DNA from: Acidobacteriota bacterium
GTDB lineage: Bacteria > Acidobacteriota > Thermoanaerobaculia > Multivoradales > JAHEKO01
Direction of reading: 5' to 3'
Assembly (NCBI GenBank): GCA_030597375.1
Contig: JAUVRX010000002.1
Coordinates: forward strand, 1,015-65,014
DNA: 64,000 nt
This document shows, piece by piece, positions 26,616 to 35,667 of this stretch. Made by a program: the position numbers and the translations under genes. The first letter of the stretch is position 1. The number at the start of each line of letters is the position of its first letter. The notes below the pieces were generated by a model. The model saw only the letters and a program-made list of their open reading frames with translations. It was not told where the DNA came from and searched no databases.

Positions 26616-27956
26616 GTGGACAGGCTCTCAGTCAGAGAACTCTGCCGTCAAACGGTTCATATCGGTGCCGGGTTCCTGGCCCTGACGTTGCGATGGGTCA
26701 GTCCGCTGCAGCTTGCATGGCTGGCTGCGGCCGGAGTCCTTTTCAATGCCTACATTCTGCCCCGGCTTGGTGGCCTGGGCCTATGGCGACAGGAAGAGGG
26801 ACGCGTGGGGCGTGCTCCCGGTGTCGTCTTCTATCCTCTGGCAGTCCTGCTGCTGTTGCTGGTCTTCGGTCGGCAGCCCGAAGTGGCGGCAGGGGGGTGG
26901 GGACTGCTCGCCTTTGGCGACGGCGCGGCTTCGTTGGCAGGTCTGACCTGGGGCCGGCGGCAGCTGCCCTGGAATCCGGCCAAGAGTTGGGCGGGTCTGG
27001 TCGCATATTGGCTGGTCGGCGGAACTGCAGTCGCATTGCTGGTGCAGTGGGTGGCACCGGGAGAGTACGGCCCTCGCTTTGTCTGGGGGATTGGTTTCGG
27101 TGTAGCGCTGTTGGCGGCGGTTCTGGAGTCCATGCCGACCAAGCTGGACGACAACCTGGTTGTACCGCTGATCGGTGCACTTGTGTTGGCCTGTTCCCTC
27201 TGGACGGAGGGGGGATGGGCCCAACTGCTGGAGGCAGAGTGGGTGGCCCGAATCGGTACGGCCTTGACGATCAACGTGGGTTTGGCCGGTGTCGCTTTCA
27301 GTCTGAAGACTGTCGACCGCAGCGGCTGGGTCGCGTCCAGCCTCATCGGTGGTGCAGTACTCGGGTTCCTGGGCTGGAGGGGTTACTTGCTTCTGCTGCT
27401 GTTTTTCATGCTGGGAACCGTCTCGACTCGAGTGGGCTACCGAAGCAAGGCTCTGAGGGGGGTTGCTCAAGAGGGCATGGGTCGGAGGAGCACATGGAAC
27501 GTCCTGGCGAACGGCGTAGTGGCAGCCGCCTGTGCTCTGTTCTCGGTTGTCACACCGTTTCCCGAGCTCTTCATCCTGGCCTTTGCGGGAGCGGTGGCAG
27601 CTGCCACCGCCGATACCCTGGAGAGTGAGATCGGACAACTTCGTGGCGGTCCCACCCATCTCATTACGACCTTGAAGCCTGTTCCTGTGGGAACCGATGG
27701 CGGTGTCTCCGCCACGGGTACCCTGGCTGGTGCCATGGGATCGTTGGTCGTGGCAGCCTGTGGTGGAGCCGTCGGGCTGTACTCGCCGAGATCGGTTGTG
27801 GTGGTTGCCATGGCAGGCCTGGCAGCCACCTTGCTCGAGAGTGTCGTCGGCGCGAGCCTCGAGCGCCGGGGCCATGTGGGCAACGACGCCGTGAACCTGT
27901 TCAACACCCTGTCCGGTGCGCTTCTCGCGGTCGGGTTGGCGTGGTTTCTGAGCTGA
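26616..27956 (+). CDS. Polytopic membrane fusion protein: polyprenol/phytol/dolichol-kinase-like domain (COG0170) + DUF92/COG1836 (VTE6-like) domain
   Basis: The N-terminal half has GLLAFGDGAASLAGLTWGRR...NPAKSWAGLVAYWLVGG, matching the GDxxA...G...KS(W/x)xG pattern of the CTP-dependent kinase family. The C-terminal half has RRSTWNVLANG...ATADTLESEIG...TDGGVSATGTLAG...GNDAVNLFNTLSGA, typical of DUF92. GTG start. Confidence 0.75.
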   Translation: MDRLSVRELCRQTVHIGAGFLALTLRWVSPLQLAWLAAAGVLFNAYILPRLGGLGLWRQEEGRVGRAPGVVFYPLAVLLLLLVFGRQPEVAAGGWGLLAFGDGAASLAGLTWGRRQLPWNPAKSWAGLVAYWLVGGTAVALLVQWVAPGEYGPRFVWGIGFGVALLAAVLESMPTKLDDNLVVPLIGALVLACSLWTEGGWAQLLEAEWVARIGTALTINVGLAGVAFSLKTVDRSGWVASSLIGGAVLGFLGWRGYLLLLLFFMLGTVSTRVGYRSKALRGVAQEGMGRRSTWNVLANGVVAAACALFSVVTPFPELFILAFAGAVAAATADTLESEIGQLRGGPTHLITTLKPVPVGTDGGVSATGTLAGAMGSLVVAACGGAVGLYSPRSVVVVAMAGLAATLLESVVGASLERRGHVGNDAVNLFNTLSGALLAVGLAWFLS

Positions 27957-27998
27957 CAGACTGATTCGAGGTGGTTCTCGAAATCGGGCTGCAATAAG

Positions 27999-28553
27999 AT
28001 GGCTGTCATCGGACTCGAGGATGACCCAATGGCAGTGGACGACAGAGAGCTGGAGCTGACAGAGGTCGAAGAGGTCGAGCTCGTCTCGACCGGCCTGCTG
28101 AGCTCCTACGATCGACTTCGGCGGCGTATCGTCGAATCGTTGGATCGCCGAGGCAGGCTCGGCAAGGTTGCTGCCGGCCCCCTGATGCTGGCGCCCGATC
28201 TCCTGGTGCTACTGGCTCGGCTCTGTATGGACCGCGACGTATCGCCGGCATCGCGCCAAGTCATCATCGGCGCCCTGGTCTACTTCGTGACACCCATCGA
28301 TCTGCTGCCAGAAGCGTTTCTGGGAGTCGGTGGCTTCCTGGACGACGTGGTCCTGGCCAGCCTCGTCCTGAGCCACAGTCTGAATGCGGAATTGGAGCCG
28401 CTGGCAGTGAAGCACTGGAGCGGCAATCAGGATCTGCGAATCGTCCTGGCAGATGTGTCCGGTGCCGCCGCAGCTCTGCTCGGTATCAACCTCTACGACC
28501 GATTGAAGAGCTTCCTCGCCAGGCGGGGCATCCGCGTCGACGAGGGTGACTAG
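27999..28553 (+). CDS. DUF1232 (YkvA-like) domain-containing protein
   Basis: It has an acidic N-terminus, then ALVYFVTPIDLLPEAFLGVGGFLDDVVLASLVL, the DUF1232 signature. Confidence 0.8.
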   Translation: MAVIGLEDDPMAVDDRELELTEVEEVELVSTGLLSSYDRLRRRIVESLDRRGRLGKVAAGPLMLAPDLLVLLARLCMDRDVSPASRQVIIGALVYFVTPIDLLPEAFLGVGGFLDDVVLASLVLSHSLNAELEPLAVKHWSGNQDLRIVLADVSGAAAALLGINLYDRLKSFLARRGIRVDEGD

Positions 28554-28786
28554 GACGGGCTCGGCAGCGGACCCCAGGGGGCTTTCCTCCCTGCCGCTGC
28601 CAGAAGAGGTGGCTCCCATCCCTCGGACAGTTTTCAGTCGTATTCAGGATGGTACCCAGGTTCATGATTCAGGCTGCTTTGGGCTGCGACGAGGCGGGGC
28701 GAAGCCCCGGCCTCCGAGGACGGTAGGATCGGGTGACCAACGAGGGATGATCGATACCGATTTCGACGACAGGGAGGATCGAGAGC

Positions 28787-29335
28787 ATGGTTGAAAGCCG
28801 AATTCTGAAGCCCGAGCCCGGCGAGCATGATGCCTATTTCTCGACCTATATCGATCGGCTCGAGGGAGAGAATCTCATGGGCGAGCTGGAGCTCCAGGTC
28901 GGAGAGCTTACCGAGCTCTGTGAGGACCTGTCGGAAGCCGAAGGAGAGTATCGCTACGATACTGGCAAGTGGAGCATCAAGGAGGTGCTGGGGCACCTCA
29001 TCGATACGGAGAGGGTCTTCGCCTTCCGCGCACTCTGGTTCGCCCGTGGTGAGACGGCCGCCCTGCCCGGGTTCGATCAGGACGAATTCGTCCGGCAAGC
29101 CGAGTTCGATCGGCGCTCGCTGGCCGGCCTGCTGGTCGAGTTCGGCGACGTCCGGCGGTCCAACGTGGACCTCTTGTCGAACTTTCGGGACAAGGACTGG
29201 CAGCGTTCCGGGATCTCTAATGACGCCGAGCTATCGGTACGGGCCATCGGCTATATCCTGGCCGGGCATGTGATCCACCATCTGGAGATCCTCCGGGAGC
29301 GGTACCTGAGACCACTTAGCCCGCATTATTCATGA
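28787..29335 (+). CDS. DinB-family (DinB_2) metal-dependent protein
   Basis: The sequence contains KWSIKEVLGHLIDTERVFAFRAL and ILAGHVIHHLEILRERYL, a His-triad four-helix pattern. Confidence 0.8.
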   Translation: MVESRILKPEPGEHDAYFSTYIDRLEGENLMGELELQVGELTELCEDLSEAEGEYRYDTGKWSIKEVLGHLIDTERVFAFRALWFARGETAALPGFDQDEFVRQAEFDRRSLAGLLVEFGDVRRSNVDLLSNFRDKDWQRSGISNDAELSVRAIGYILAGHVIHHLEILRERYLRPLSPHYS

Positions 29336-29571
29336 CGCCGCGAGCAGATTGTGGAAAGCGTCTGTCAGATCTGGTCACCCACAGGGAGGAGCGCGATGAT
29401 CCGAGTGAGCTGATCGGTCTCCAAGCTCTTTTCGTTGTCAATCTAGAGCCCAGGAAAATGATGGGAGAGCTCTCGGAAGGCATGCTGTTCGACATTGGGT
29501 ACGAGGATGGCGTGCGCCCGGCGCTCGCCGTACCAGAGTGGGCTGTTCCGGACGGGGCTCGAGCCGGCTGA
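29332..29571 (+). CDS. tRNA-binding (CsaA/EMAP-type OB-fold) domain, N-terminally truncated fragment, possible gene remnant
   Basis: 79 aa. SELIGLQALFVVNLEPRKMMGELSEGMLF...VPDGARAG matches the C-terminal two thirds of CsaA-type domains. The N-terminal strands are missing (in-frame stop at 29317-29319). The ATG overlaps the DinB stop (ATGA). Confidence 0.5.
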   Translation: MTPRADCGKRLSDLVTHREERDDPSELIGLQALFVVNLEPRKMMGELSEGMLFDIGYEDGVRPALAVPEWAVPDGARAG

Positions 29572-29581
29572 AGGAGGTGGC

Positions 29582-30130
29582 ATGAAGCGTTGTCCATACT
29601 GTGCCGAGGAGATCCAGGACGAGGCCGTGAAGTGCCGCTACTGTGGTGAGTTCCTGGACGGCAGCACCGCCAGGCGACGATTGTCGTCGCGAATGTCTGT
29701 TCCGCCGGGCTATGGAAGCTATGAGTATCGCTCGAAGGCGGAGCTTTTTGGTCTGCCGTGGATCCATATTGCCCAGGGCGTCGATCCAGCGACCGGTCGA
29801 CCTCGTGTCGCCAGGGGAATCTTCGCCATGGGCAATATCGCCGTGGGTGTCGTGGCCATCGGTGGCATCTCCGTGGGCGGCTTGACCTTCGGCGGTGTCA
29901 GCCTCGGGCTCGTCGCCCTGGGAGGAGTCGCGATCGGAGGCGTGGCGCTCGGCGGAATGGCTCTGGGCCTGTCGCTTGCCGTCGGTGGTATGGCTGTGTC
30001 GACCCAGTACGCTATTGGAGGGATCGCGCTGGCTCCCCATACGATCGACGGTCGGGGCGCCGATCCGGAAGTCGTAGAGTGGTTACGGGGCTGGTGGACG
30101 AAGATCCTCTCTCTTTTCGAAGGTGGCTAG
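29582..30130 (+). CDS. Zinc-ribbon protein with a glycine-rich pentapeptide-periodic hydrophobic region
   Basis: The ATG at 29582 is preceded by AAGGAGGTGG. The N-terminal zinc ribbon reads CPYCAEEIQDEAVKCRYCGEFL. It is followed by about nine GG(V/I/L/M)x(L/V/I/F)-type units. Confidence 0.8.
   Translation: MKRCPYCAEEIQDEAVKCRYCGEFLDGSTARRRLSSRMSVPPGYGSYEYRSKAELFGLPWIHIAQGVDPATGRPRVARGIFAMGNIAVGVVAIGGISVGGLTFGGVSLGLVALGGVAIGGVALGGMALGLSLAVGGMAVSTQYAIGGIALAPHTIDGRGADPEVVEWLRGWWTKILSLFEGG
29819..30031 (+). repeat. Coding 15-nt (5-codon) periodic Gly-rich repeat inside the zinc-ribbon protein gene
   Basis: The translation reads GIFAM GNIAV GVVAI GGISV GGLTF GGVSL GLVAL GGVAI GGVAL GGMAL GLSLA VGGMAV. 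This is degenerate at the DNA level and is not a CRISPR-like array. Confidence 0.6.
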
Positions 30131-30175
30131 CAACGAAGCTCCCGGCCCGGAGGTCGGGATGCCAAGGAGGCGAGA

Positions 30176-30607
30176 ATGAAAACGAGCAAATCCGGGTTGG
30201 TGATCATTCTTGGGCTGCTTCTGGTCGTGTGCGGTTGCGTCTGGCTGAAGGCCGACGACGGCAGGGTCGAAGTAGCCATAGAGGTTGCCGAGACCTGGCT
30301 GGCATTGGTGGACCAGGGCGAGTACGACGAGAGTTGGCAGACGGCGGCGGACTACTTTCGAACAGCAGTGGAGCGAGACCAGTGGCACCGGACGATGACC
30401 GCGGGCCGAAAGCCATTGGGTGAAGTCGAATCCAGGGAGTTGCTGGAGGCGAACTACAGGTCGCGTCTCGCTGGGGCTCCGGACGGACATTACGTAGTCA
30501 TCCGGTTCAAGACTTCCTTCTCCAAAAAGGTCGACTCGGAAGAGACCGTTACACCCATGCTCGATCCGGATGGGCAATGGCGGGTCTCGGGCTACTTCTT
30601 CAAATAG
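30176..30607 (+). CDS. DUF4019 domain-containing lipoprotein/secreted protein
   Basis: It has a signal peptide with a VVCGC lipobox-like end. The sequence contains WLALVDQGEYDESWQTAADYFR, DQWHRTM, GHYVVIRFKTSF and DPDGQWRVSGYFFK. Confidence 0.75.
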   Translation: MKTSKSGLVIILGLLLVVCGCVWLKADDGRVEVAIEVAETWLALVDQGEYDESWQTAADYFRTAVERDQWHRTMTAGRKPLGEVESRELLEANYRSRLAGAPDGHYVVIRFKTSFSKKVDSEETVTPMLDPDGQWRVSGYFFK

Positions 30608-31248
30608 CTCGAAGACTCTGATGGCGGTCGAGTCGCAGTCCAGAGCAGAACTGAGCCCCGGTAGCAGAGGAAAGCTCCCAGGACCACCAACAGTAATCCA
30701 CAGAGCGTCAGGATCCGTCGGAACCATGGTCCGCGGAGGGTGTGCCGGCCCTGGGCTGCGAGCCAGGCCAGACCTATCTTGCTACTGACGATGAGCCCGT
30801 AGAATCCCAGCAGGTAGCCGACGGCATCCCAGGGATTCTGGCGCCAGCCGGAGACCAGCGTCGGAGCGCCGACGCTGATCCAGAATACCCAGGGATGGGG
30901 ATTGAAGAAGTTCACGACAGCGCCTTGCCAGAGGTCCTTGGCGGCCGCAGGAGGGGCCTCGACGGGTTCTAGTGTGGGCGCTCCCCGCCTGAGACCCTGA
31001 ATCCCCAGGTAGAGCACGAAGAGGCCACCCAGGAGCGTCAGACTGCCGAGGAACGATTCCGGCAGATCCTTCAGGAGGAGCAGAGCCAGCAGCACGATCG
31101 GCGCATCGGTAAGCAGAGGCGCCACGGCAATGCGCAGACCGGCCGGGAATCCCCGCTCGATCGAGACCGCGACGAGCAGGGTGAGCAGCGGACCGGGGCT
31201 GAGCCCTGCCGCGAGCCCCAATCCAACGCCGAGAAGGGTCAGCTCCAT
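30592..31248 (-). CDS. LysE family amino-acid exporter
   Basis: The ATG at 31248 is internal to the 30592-31422 ORF. The sequence begins MELTLLGVGLGLAAGLSPGPLL and contains NFFNPHPWVFW, with about 6 TM helices. It has a 16-nt convergent overlap with the DUF4019 gene. Confidence 0.8.
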   Translation of the reverse strand: MELTLLGVGLGLAAGLSPGPLLTLLVAVSIERGFPAGLRIAVAPLLTDAPIVLLALLLLKDLPESFLGSLTLLGGLFVLYLGIQGLRRGAPTLEPVEAPPAAAKDLWQGAVVNFFNPHPWVFWISVGAPTLVSGWRQNPWDAVGYLLGFYGLIVSSKIGLAWLAAQGRHTLRGPWFRRILTLCGLLLVVLGAFLCYRGSVLLWTATRPPSESSSYLKK

Positions 31249-31280
31249 CGTGAGGCGGCTTTCAGAACCACCAGGAGCCG

Positions 31281-32009
31281 CTAGCCAGGCTGCCTCTCCT
31301 CGGAGTCCTCCGATGGCGAATCGAGGGCCAACTCCGCTGCCCGGCGAGCGTGGATCTCCGTGGTGTCGAACAGGGGAACGGGCGAATCCTCCGACTGGAC
31401 CAGCAGAGAGATCTCCGTGCACCCGAGAATGATGCCTTCGGCGCCAGAGGCGGCAAGCCTGTGGAGGATCTTCCGGTACTGCCGTCGGGACTCCTCGAGG
31501 ATCCGGCCCCGGCAGAGCTCGTCGTAGATCACTCGATGTACGAGATCCCTGTCCGGCTCTTCCGGAATCAGTACGTGGAGGCCAAAGCGAGCCTCGAGAC
31601 GGCTTCGATAGAAAGTCTCTTCCATGGTGAAGCGGGTGCCCAACAGACCGACCACGCTGAGGCCCCGGTGGCGGATGGCCTCACCGGTAGCGTCGGCGAT
31701 GTGGAGGAACGGAATGGAGATCCCGGACTCGATCTCGTCGGCCACTTTGTGCATGGTGTTGGTGCAGAGCACCATCAGGTCGGCTCCCGCACTCTCCAGT
31801 CGCTGCGCCGCCGAGGTGAGGATCTCGGCCGCTTCGGTCCACCGCCCGGCCATCTGCAGTTCTTCGATGCGCTGAAAGTCGACGCTATAGAGGAGGATCT
31901 CGGCAGAGTGAAGTCCTCCGAGATGTTCGTTGACGGTGCGGTTGATGATCCGGTAGTAGGGAACGGTGGACTCCCAGCTCATGCCGCCGAGCAATCCCAG
32001 TGTTTTCAT
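31281..32009 (-). CDS. Aspartate/glutamate racemase family protein
   Basis: The sequence begins MKTLGLLGGMSWESTVPYYR. The two catalytic-cysteine contexts are LMVLCTNTMH and IILGCTEISL. Confidence 0.88.
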   Translation of the reverse strand: MKTLGLLGGMSWESTVPYYRIINRTVNEHLGGLHSAEILLYSVDFQRIEELQMAGRWTEAAEILTSAAQRLESAGADLMVLCTNTMHKVADEIESGISIPFLHIADATGEAIRHRGLSVVGLLGTRFTMEETFYRSRLEARFGLHVLIPEEPDRDLVHRVIYDELCRGRILEESRRQYRKILHRLAASGAEGIILGCTEISLLVQSEDSPVPLFDTTEIHARRAAELALDSPSEDSEERQPG

Positions 32010-32014
32010 CGTTC

Positions 32015-32320
32015 TCAGCCGATCGGACCCTGGAGCGAGATCATTCCCCGGGTCAGGTAGTCGCTCATGATGAAGGCGATCAGGATGAAGAGCCAGAGAA
32101 ACCCGGCGACCACCACCATCTTGGTCAATCGGCTACTGTGGCGTACGTGCATGAAATACAGGACCACGAGACATGCCTTGGTGATGGCGATGCCCATGGC
32201 CGCGATGTCGTTGAAGGGGCCCAACTCGAGGAACGCCACCGCCACCGTGATGGTGGTGAGAGCCATGAGGGCGAGGAACACCGCCAGGTAGGTGCGAATC
32301 GGTGTGATGTACTCCGACAT
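32015..32320 (-). CDS. Cytochrome c oxidase subunit IV (bacterial caa3/aa3 small subunit)
   Basis: 101 aa with 3 TM helices. The sequence contains YLAVFLALMALTTITVAVAF and ITKACLVVLYFMHVRH. It corresponds only to the last 101 codons of the 32015-32911 ORF, whose upstream part overlaps subunit III in another frame. Confidence 0.8.
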   Translation of the reverse strand: MSEYITPIRTYLAVFLALMALTTITVAVAFLELGPFNDIAAMGIAITKACLVVLYFMHVRHSSRLTKMVVVAGFLWLFILIAFIMSDYLTRGMISLQGPIG

Positions 32321-32334
32321 GTTGCCAACCCTTC

Positions 32335-32997
32335 TCAGACTTGAATGTTGCGGCCCAGCAGGTACAGCAGTGGAAAGAGGAAGATCCAGACGATATCCAC
32401 GAAGTGCCAGTAGAGGCCAATGCCCTCCACAAGGTTGTGGTTCTCGGGTGAGAAAGAGCCCCTCCAGGCCAGGATGGCCACCACCAGCAGAATGCCGATT
32501 CCGATCACCATGTGGGCGGCATGCAGGCCCGTCATGAGGAAGTAGAGATTGAAGAACATCTCCACACCGGGGGCCTCGGGTCCTTGCCAGTGGAAGTTGG
32601 GTCCAGGAACGAGGTGATGCTCGAACTTGGCGCTGTACTCCACCACCTTGATCCCCAGAAAGAGGCCGCCGAGCAGGATGGTCGCCAGAATGAAGGCGAC
32701 GATGGCCTTGCGGCGTCCAGTCTGGGCCGCCCACACGGCCAGTGCCATGGTCAGGGAGCTGCCGATGAGGACGGCGGTGTTGATGGACCCCAGGACGATG
32801 TCGAGCTCGTGGCTGCCGATGGCGAACGCCGCTCCCTGGCCCGAGCGGTAGACGACATAGGCGGTGAACAGGCCGCCAAAGAACATGATCTCCGTAACCA
32901 GGAAGACCCACATTCCCAGGTAGGAGGCCTCGCGCTGCTGGTCGAAGCTGTCGAAATGATGGGCCAGGCCAAAGGCGTGACTCGATTCACCCTGCAT
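32335..32997 (-). CDS. ctaE: Cytochrome c oxidase subunit III
   Basis: The sequence contains HHFDSFDQQREASYLGMWVFLVTEIMFFGGLF, FLMTGLHAAHMVIG and GLYWHFVDIVWIFLFPLLYL. The ATG at 32997 has a GGAGAGG RBS; an alternative GTG lies at 33015. Confidence 0.92.
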   Translation of the reverse strand: MQGESSHAFGLAHHFDSFDQQREASYLGMWVFLVTEIMFFGGLFTAYVVYRSGQGAAFAIGSHELDIVLGSINTAVLIGSSLTMALAVWAAQTGRRKAIVAFILATILLGGLFLGIKVVEYSAKFEHHLVPGPNFHWQGPEAPGVEMFFNLYFLMTGLHAAHMVIGIGILLVVAILAWRGSFSPENHNLVEGIGLYWHFVDIVWIFLFPLLYLLGRNIQV

Positions 32998-33035
32998 AGA
33001 TCCGGTCCTCTCCACGTTGCATCCGCTAGTGGCCG

Positions 33036-34661
33036 CTAGGCCAGTTTCTTCTCCCGCAAGGAGAGATAGTCGTAGGCCTCGGTGGTGACCACCGGTGGCT
33101 CATCGAAGTTCAAGGTCGGAGGCGGTGAGGAGGTCTCCCACTCGAGGCCGTAGGCCCCCCAGGGGTTGTCTCCCGCCCGCTCGCCATAGCGCATGGACCA
33201 GAATAAATAGATGAGCGGCAGCAGGTAACCGAGTCCGAGGATGGTGGCTCCCGCCGATGACAGCACGTTGAGGATCTGGAACTCCTCCGGATAGGCATGG
33301 TAGCGGCGTGGCATGCCCATGTAGCCGAGAAGAAACTGGGGAAAGAAGGTGAGGTTGAACCCCACGAAGATCAGTCCCGCCGCGATCTTCGACCAGAAGA
33401 CCGAATACATGCGACCGGTGATCTTGGGCCACCAGAAGTGCAGCCCCCCGAGATAGCCCATGATGGCTCCACCCACCATGATGTAGTGGAAGTGAGCCAC
33501 CACGAAGTAGGTGTCGTGGACGTGCATGTCGATGCCCAGAGTGGCCAGCATGGTGCCGGTCAGGCCGCCGATCACGAACAGCCCGATGAAACCGAGGGCG
33601 TAGATCATGGGGGTCTGCCAGGAGATGGAGCCCTGGTAGAGGGTGGCTGTCCAGTTGAAGACCTTCACGGCCGACGGCACCGCTACCAACATGGAGAGAA
33701 CGGAGAAGATCAGGCCCGCATAGATCGACTGGCTGGAGACGAAGAGGTGGTGACCCCAGACCAGGAAGCCCAGCACCGCGATGGCCAGGCTGGAGAAGGC
33801 CACGAACTTGTATCCGAAGATCCGCTTTCGTGAGAAAGCGGCGATGAGCTCACTGATGACGCCCATCGAAGGCAGGATCATGATGTAGACGGCAGGATGG
33901 GAGTAGAACCAGAACAGGTGCTGGAAGAGCACGGGGTCGCCGCCCAGGGCAGGGTCGAAGATGCCGATGTGCAGCAGCCGTTCTGCCGCCACCAGGAGAA
34001 TCGCGATGGCCACGACCGGCGTGCCCAGTACCTGAATGAGGCTGGTGCCGTAGTGTGCCCAGACAAACAGGGGCAGGCGGAACCAGGTGAGGCCGGGAGC
34101 TCGCATGCGGTGGATGGTGACGATGAAGTTGAGGCCGGTCATGATGGAGGAGAATCCGACCACGAACGCTCCCAGGGCCGTGAGGATCACCTCGCTGTCG
34201 GCGAAGGTGCTGCTGTAGGGGGTGTAGAACGTCCAACCGGTGTCCGTGCCACCTCGGAGCAGGGCCGCCACCATCAAAAGAGCTCCCAGGTTGTAGACGT
34301 ACCAGCTACCGAGATTGAGCTTCGGGAACGCCAGATCCTTGGCACCAATCATCAGGGGAATCAGGAAGTTCCCCAAGACCGCCGGAATGGACGGAATCAG
34401 GAACAGGAAGACCATCAGGACACCATGCGCAGTGAAGAGCCTGTTGTAGGTGTCGGCCTCGACCAGGTCTCCCAGTGGTGTCGCCAACTCGACGCGGATC
34501 AGGGCTGCCATCACTCCACCGATGATGAAGAAGAAGGTGATGGAGATCAGGTAGAGGATCGCGATCCTCTTGTGATCCTGGGTCAGAAGCCACGACTTGA
34601 TGCCGTAGTCGACATTCAGGTAGTGCTTGCGGCGAGGGGGAGTCGTTACGGTGTCACTCAT
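33036..34661 (-). CDS. ctaD: Cytochrome c oxidase subunit I
   Basis: 541 aa. The sequence contains [22 protein letters not shown] and [13 protein letters not shown], the heme a/a3-CuB ligand motifs. Confidence 0.96.
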   Translation of the reverse strand: MSDTVTTPPRRKHYLNVDYGIKSWLLTQDHKRIAILYLISITFFFIIGGVMAALIRVELATPLGDLVEADTYNRLFTAHGVLMVFLFLIPSIPAVLGNFLIPLMIGAKDLAFPKLNLGSWYVYNLGALLMVAALLRGGTDTGWTFYTPYSSTFADSEVILTALGAFVVGFSSIMTGLNFIVTIHRMRAPGLTWFRLPLFVWAHYGTSLIQVLGTPVVAIAILLVAAERLLHIGIFDPALGGDPVLFQHLFWFYSHPAVYIMILPSMGVISELIAAFSRKRIFGYKFVAFSSLAIAVLGFLVWGHHLFVSSQSIYAGLIFSVLSMLVAVPSAVKVFNWTATLYQGSISWQTPMIYALGFIGLFVIGGLTGTMLATLGIDMHVHDTYFVVAHFHYIMVGGAIMGYLGGLHFWWPKITGRMYSVFWSKIAAGLIFVGFNLTFFPQFLLGYMGMPRRYHAYPEEFQILNVLSSAGATILGLGYLLPLIYLFWSMRYGERAGDNPWGAYGLEWETSSPPPTLNFDEPPVVTTEAYDYLSLREKKLA

Positions 34662-34666
34662 CGTGA

Positions 34667-35662
34667 TCAGCCTTCGTCGGGAGTCGAGGCCGGTGAGCTG
34701 CTATCGGACTCCGGTCCCTGGTTCTCTGTCGCATCGGAAGCGAGCGATTTGATGTAGCCAATGAGTTGCAGGACTTCCTCTTCGGTGATCTGCCCCTGGT
34801 AGGTCGGCATCAGGGGTTTGTAGCCTCGTACCAGTTTGGCGATCGGATTCATGATGGACTCTCGGAGGTAGTTCTCATCGACGATCTGGGTGCTGCCATC
34901 CTCGAGCTCCACCTCTTCACCGAAGAGGCCGTGAAGGATGGGGGCGAGAGTCGCCGAATCCGGCCTGTGACAGGTACTGCATGCCTTGACCCGAAACAGC
35001 TTTTGCCCGGATGCGACGACAGAGGGACCGGTGTCACGCCCGGCGAGCCACATCTCGTAGTCGGCGGGCTCCATGACCGTGATGCTGCCTCCCATCTTGG
35101 AATGCTCGACGCCACAGTACTCGGCGCAGAACAGGTGATAGGTGCCGATCTTGGTGGCCTCGAACCAAAGCGTCGTATAGCGGCCGGGGAGGACGTCGGC
35201 CTTCACACGGAAGGCTGGCACGAAGAAGGAGTGGATGACATCCTCCGAGGTCATCGTCAGTCGGATCGCCTGACCCACGGGAACGTGCAACTCGTTGATC
35301 TCACGATTGCCCTGGGGATGCTGGAACTTCCACATCCACTGTTTGGCGGTCACGAAGTACTCGACAGCGTCGCTGGGTGGCCGAAAAGCCCCGATATAGA
35401 CCTTGGCTCCCCAGGCGAACATGCCGAGGAGGATGGCGAGTGGAATGACTGACCAGGTGATCTCGAGCCATATGCCGGCCTTCTCGGGCCGGCCGATCTC
35501 GTCTTCGGCCCGCCTGCGATACCGGATGGCGAAGAAGATCACCAGCCCGGCGACAAGAAGTCCGAAGAAGATGGAGATTCCCAGGAAGGTGAGATAGAGG
35601 GCGTCCACCTCGCTTGCCAGAGTCGAGGCTTGTTCGGGGAAAAGTGGGACGTTCTTCCACAT
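34667..35662 (-). CDS. ctaC: Cytochrome c oxidase subunit II with fused C-terminal cytochrome c domain (caa3-type)
   Basis: The CuA motif is [15 protein letters not shown] and the C-terminal heme motif is CSTCH. The ATG at 35662 lies 5 nt after the SCO stop; the longer ORF start at 35710 would overlap it. Confidence 0.93.
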   Translation of the reverse strand: MWKNVPLFPEQASTLASEVDALYLTFLGISIFFGLLVAGLVIFFAIRYRRRAEDEIGRPEKAGIWLEITWSVIPLAILLGMFAWGAKVYIGAFRPPSDAVEYFVTAKQWMWKFQHPQGNREINELHVPVGQAIRLTMTSEDVIHSFFVPAFRVKADVLPGRYTTLWFEATKIGTYHLFCAEYCGVEHSKMGGSITVMEPADYEMWLAGRDTGPSVVASGQKLFRVKACSTCHRPDSATLAPILHGLFGEEVELEDGSTQIVDENYLRESIMNPIAKLVRGYKPLMPTYQGQITEEEVLQLIGYIKSLASDATENQGPESDSSSPASTPDEG

Positions 35663-35667
35663 CGTCT

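Noticed and set aside
29819-30031. 15-nt periodic DNA that could be mistaken for a repeat array.
   Set aside because: It is in frame inside a CDS, degenerate at the nucleotide level, and has no spacer/repeat structure. It is a coding Gly-rich repeat, not a CRISPR array or satellite.
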